A stretch of DNA of 56,362 bases, counting the filler, from Sphacelaria rigidula (Eukaryota): the NCBI GenBank assembly GCA_964200075.2. It is 6 parts of 6 records of this genome, joined end to end, with 100 filler letters (N's around TTAATTAATTAA, not from the genome) between each part and the next. Parts side by side here need not be neighbours in the genome. Positions count along the whole stretch, not along the records: positions 47,053 to 56,362 come from CAXNAA020008782.1; 5 more parts are not named here. One strand, given 5' to 3'. Below, piece after piece: positions 52,313 to 56,362 of the stretch. The position numbers and the translations under genes were made by a program. The first letter of the stretch is position 1. Each line of letters begins with the position of its first letter. The notes under the pieces were generated by a model that was given only the letters and a program-made list of their open reading frames with translations, was not told the DNA's origin and made no database searches.

Positions 52313-52615
52313 AAGGTGTTGTCCAGACTTGAATGCTGCACGTCCTCGCGTGCAGGCTGCAATATCACTCGACGAATGATCAAGGCCTAGATGAAATGCC
52401 CCCGAATGCCAGGCACCAACCAGTTTGTTCGTACTGCTTATTATGCAGAGATCTTGAACCCGAGGTGATTAGTCCAGCATCTAAGTCGCGAGCAGGTTGC
52501 CTCAGCCCTCTCACTGTAAACGTTTTTGAACATATGTTCGAAGTTTGCTTGTACTGGATGCTCGTCGAAGACATTGATCCTCGACGTACCCTGTACTAGC
52601 GCCGCGGTGTAACGA

Positions 52616-52626
52616 GGCTCATGACC
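52616..52626 (-). promoter_or_regulatory. Putative primer-binding site of the copia element (half-tRNA-iMet type)
   Basis: Minus strand reads ...CATAACA|GGTCATGAGCC: an LTR-like CA end directly followed by a near match to GGTTATG(G/A)GCC, upstream of gag. Confidence 0.6.
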
Positions 52627-55600
52627 TGTTATGGATGTGTTGCTATACACCCACAAGTGTCTCCAGCAGGCTGACGCTGGGAGATGTTAAGCAACCGAGC
52701 TAGCTGAATATAGGTAACGTTAAACGAGCGCTCATGGCGAACAAATCCTTGTAGAAACCGACAGACTGGTAAATTCCATGCTTAGAAGTTGGAGAAGTGA
52801 AGAGTGAAAGCGTGGGGCTCGCGATGTGCTCGTGAGTTTCCTGTTATCTTTTTCTCCAGAAATCGTATCTTACTTTTATCAAAAACAAAATCTAGATCGT
52901 GCTGGACCGTTACTCATATCGATCTCTACTGCTCTAGACTAGAGTAGAATATTCCTATGTTTGGTTTTCTTCAACCGACAACGATCACTCCGCATAGACA
53001 TCGAACGAAACATCCCAGCTGCGCTGTACTACTGAGTATTGCATGGATAGCCTATGCCAAACCTTATCCTAAACAAAGCAGTCACACGGCCCTAACCCGT
53101 GGACATCTGACAGGCATGTGGAGTTGTCACGGTTGTCACTTTACACACGCGCGTTGACAAGGATCTCCCACACACCGATAAAGCCTCAGTTGGACCGTGC
53201 AGATAGTTTAGTGACAAACACAGAATTTTCAACGACTGAATTCTCTCGGGTTGCACCAGGTAGGGAATACCAACTACCGATCCTCACTGATGATACGCAC
53301 TCCCAGCCTCACACACTCATTGTTACAATCATTGTTGGGTCGTTCGCTGCGCCAGACGAACGTCGGACGAATACTTTCATCAAAAGACAGATCGATTCAA
53401 CCTGCCAGAAACCGAACAGAAAAATAAAAGGTGGGGTCACCTTCTCTCTATGAATGGGAAACGACCGCGAGCTGTGCCCCACGATGTTGCCGACAGCCAT
53501 GATGCACTCGGCACCCAAAAATATCCATGCCCATATATAATGAGGCACGCCGATGAGTGATCGCGTGAACCTGTTTCAGTTATGATTTCAATGGATGCGA
53601 GGGCGAAAGTATGGAAGCAGGTGGCTGCAAAGAATGGGCTTTATGGAATGACCTAGTAGTCCGTTCGTATTTGCACTGCATGCATCCACTGTATTTCTTG
53701 GTGAGATATTTCACACAATATAGGTGCACTGGACATCTGACATTGAGTTCGGTGTTTATCGCTGAATAGTTCGCGATGCTGATTGCCACCTCTCATACAA
53801 ATATAAGTTTTACACTCATACCGTTTTATGTGAGTACTATAAAAGTCTCCGAGATCACCGTGTAATGCGTGAGGGGACCGCGTGTTAGAGAGCCGCATCA
53901 GAGTAAAAACACCCCTGTAGTTAGGGTTAGGATCAGGGTTAGTGTTGGGGTTGGGGTCAGGGGCGTGGTCCCTGCAGGGACTGGCCCGATTAGTTTTGAA
54001 AAAAGTCGATCCGGAGGTGTTTCGGACTACGATGCGGTCCTCCAAGCACACGGTCCTCTCACGCATTGCAACCGAACAATACTCGTGTGCCGAAGCACTT
54101 GAGAAGCATTCAGGTGGTACGAATGCCGCGGGGCCGACAAAACAAAAACGTTATGTTGGGACGAAAAGAATGGTGTTGTGATCTCACCGCCAGTGTAGAT
54201 AAATCGCCAAACAAATGATATTAATAACCCCGCAAGTCCGAATCCACCATGACGATGGGGCGAGTTCCTTGCGTTGCGGCTCGCATACGTGTCGTAATCT
54301 GTCGTTCGTTTGAAGTTGGTATGTCGTACGTGCAAAGGAACGAATGAGGGCATGAGGGACATGCCTCGTGAGACATGAAGGAATAGTAATTCCTCGAGAG
54401 GCGAAAAGATGGAATGATCAAGTCACTGAAGTATGCAGCAAGATGCCCACGTATCTACGCACTACAAGATTAACTTGATACACATAATAGCCGATACAAC
54501 CTGCATCTTGAGCCTTCCGTAGTGTATGTAGATATTGTATTACATTCTGTGAACCGCCACTCTAGCTTTGAACATGTCGATCTTGTCGACGGTACCCACG
54601 CCTGAACAGTTCCTACCCTAGCCCTATTCTCAACATCGTCGAAGAACTTTGGATTTCGTGGCGTGCCTGTTGTGGAAATACGTTTCGTGATCGCAGTGGC
54701 CACCGTCGTCCTCCTCATCGTCCTTGCTCAAGCGTCTTCTAGCACTGTTTTTCTTCATGTCCTGATATTTCAACGATTACGACCGGTCCAGCAGGGCACG
54801 GAGGTGCACAGTAAATACGGTTTATCTCCCGCGGGGGGGCGGTGGGGCTAGCTCCTGCACCTTGGAATCATTACTTAGTTGAGTGACATACGTCGAGGCC
54901 GAATCAATCGTAGTACTCGGGGTGCCAGCGGCCTGCTGATACGTGCCTATCTGCCGTGTCGTTCCGTATTGCCTGTATGCACTTCGCATTCAACTGCAAC
55001 ATATTATCCCGGGCACTGCTGTTGAATGGGACCAGAAATACGTATTTTCTTCGCACATGTTGGTGTCTATACAATCAAAAAGTGGTCTCTTGAAGGTGTA
55101 CACTGAAGGAAGCACGACCGATCTGTCTGAGCTACTGGGTGACGAACCGATGAAATAGAGGGCAATCTCGCCGGTATGAGAGTTTATCCTACGTTGATTC
55201 GATTACTTGTAAACTTAAAGACGACCAGGATTCCGGCCAGGAGCGTGGGGTCGGTGTCAAGAGCCCCTAGACCACTCGGACGCAAGTGAATGCGTGTTCC
55301 AAAGCAGGTGTGCTTCGGAGAGCTCTAATGTCTTGGTCGTCAGCATACCTTGGGCGAAGGAGTAACATTACGTCTATGTTGTCCGACGTTCATACGTTGG
55401 CGTCCCCGAGGTCTCGGTATCGGTTGATGGGTATACTACTTCAAACCTCAACGCATACTCAATTCTTCACCCCTTCTTGGCATAAAATACTCAGCCGATA
55501 TGCACATAGGTATCGTTACATGTTTTCAGTCGTCCACCGCCGTGGAATGACGTGGTTGGCACTTCCATATCCCTGCATGTCATTCTCACTTGGATCGCCA

Positions 55601-55949
55601 CAAGCTCGAATCCTTGCCCATTGTTGCCGACAATGCTCAGTCGCCGCACCGCCTTAGTCGCCACTTTGACCACTTTGCTCGTTCGCTTTATGAGCGTTGC
55701 CATGAAGCTTGGTCTCCTCGCAGCATAATATACCTGTGTAATTAAGCAACGAGACGAGTAGCATGTACCGCGATGGAATTTTTCGCGCATAAACAAAAGC
55801 AGGTCTCCAGGTTGTCGAAAAGGTTTGCTGTTTGTGAACCATCATGTCGTAATATTCACTTATTTTGCCACTTTGGCGTGCTAGGCCTCTCAAAACCGGT
55901 CCGTAGGAGCAATTGATTTTATAGAGAAGTCAAAACGGGACGTCCGATT

Positions 55950-56310
55950 ATCCCGGCTGACGTAAACCGAAAGAAGAATGCCGGCATTCCTTTCTTCGCC
56001 GGATTTTAACCACCCCACCCACCTTTCTCGGGATCAGTCTGCGGTCTCGAGGCATCGATCAACCCATATCTATTTTTCCCCCGGTACGCGCCCTGCATTT
56101 GGCTCTTGCGGAATGGGTCAGCACTTACACAGCGCGTCGACTCCCGTCGAAAAACCTCAGTCGAGTCGCGCTGCTACTCATGTTCTCACGCTTTCAACGA
56201 CCGAATTCAGGTACTTTGAGGAAAACCCCAAACGCTGCTGGCGGAACCGAACACGCGTTGTTCCCACCCTAACAGCGTTAATTGTATCATGTCACCACCG
56301 GGGCGCGACG
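55950..56310 (-). mobile_element. tRNA-derived SINE family 2, near full-length eroded copy
   Basis: Head gtcgcgccccggtggtgacatga...gttcggttcc, with body motifs shared with the 40090, 33730 and 43740 copies. Confidence 0.65.
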
Positions 56311-56362
56311 GCTCTTTACTGATGTATTGGATCTCTTGAACTCACTACTAGGACATTTCTAA

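Larger units (their letters stand above)
47462..52626 (-). mobile_element. Degenerate Ty1/copia LTR retrotransposon, internal region
   Basis: Order gag (LFFILYLTTTGSASILVRQYEG), protease (MLVESGTSRKY...VPGLRRHLFSV), GAG-pre-integrase (LWHRPLGH), integrase (PQYNGARERDGRTL..SGLPKFLWG), RT start (PNTSKKAMRLPEAQHWK), RNase H (GWSDSSFGNNPDNSKSMS..STMEAE..IDN..LADVGTK). Confidence 0.96.

Noticed and set aside
1..56362. Fanzor/TnpB, intact transposase, DGR or endogenous giant-virus hallmark genes
   Set aside because: No RuvC or zinc-finger, capsid, packaging ATPase or PolB motifs recognised, and no long intact ORF. Only a profile search could exclude remote remnants.

Overview
Eukaryotic, repeat-rich DNA, most likely a stramenopile alga and probably a brown alga (inference from intron-rich gene fragments and TE styles, not proven). 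The window is not one locus. It is six contigs of 9311, 9311, 9310, 9310, 9310 and 9310 bp joined by identical 100-nt linkers (N44-TTAATTAATTAA-N44), so it looks like a size-sorted artificial concatenation and adjacency across the gaps means nothing. Recognisable host-gene content is three minus-strand GT-AG exons: two from a peroxisomal acyl-CoA oxidase and one from an HPAT/SGT1-like glycosyltransferase. The rest is decayed Ty3/gypsy, Ty1/copia and LINE retroelements, a 2-kb hAT derivative with perfect 8-bp TSDs, two tRNA-derived SINE families, several MITE families, an unclassified G-tract-associated repeat family and simple repeats. Almost all ORFs in the supplied track are spurious. I found no intact novel enzyme system. 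The best leads are the unclassified G-tract repeat family, a MITE with a 4-bp TSD, and a duplicated element with a reconstructable unknown ORF.
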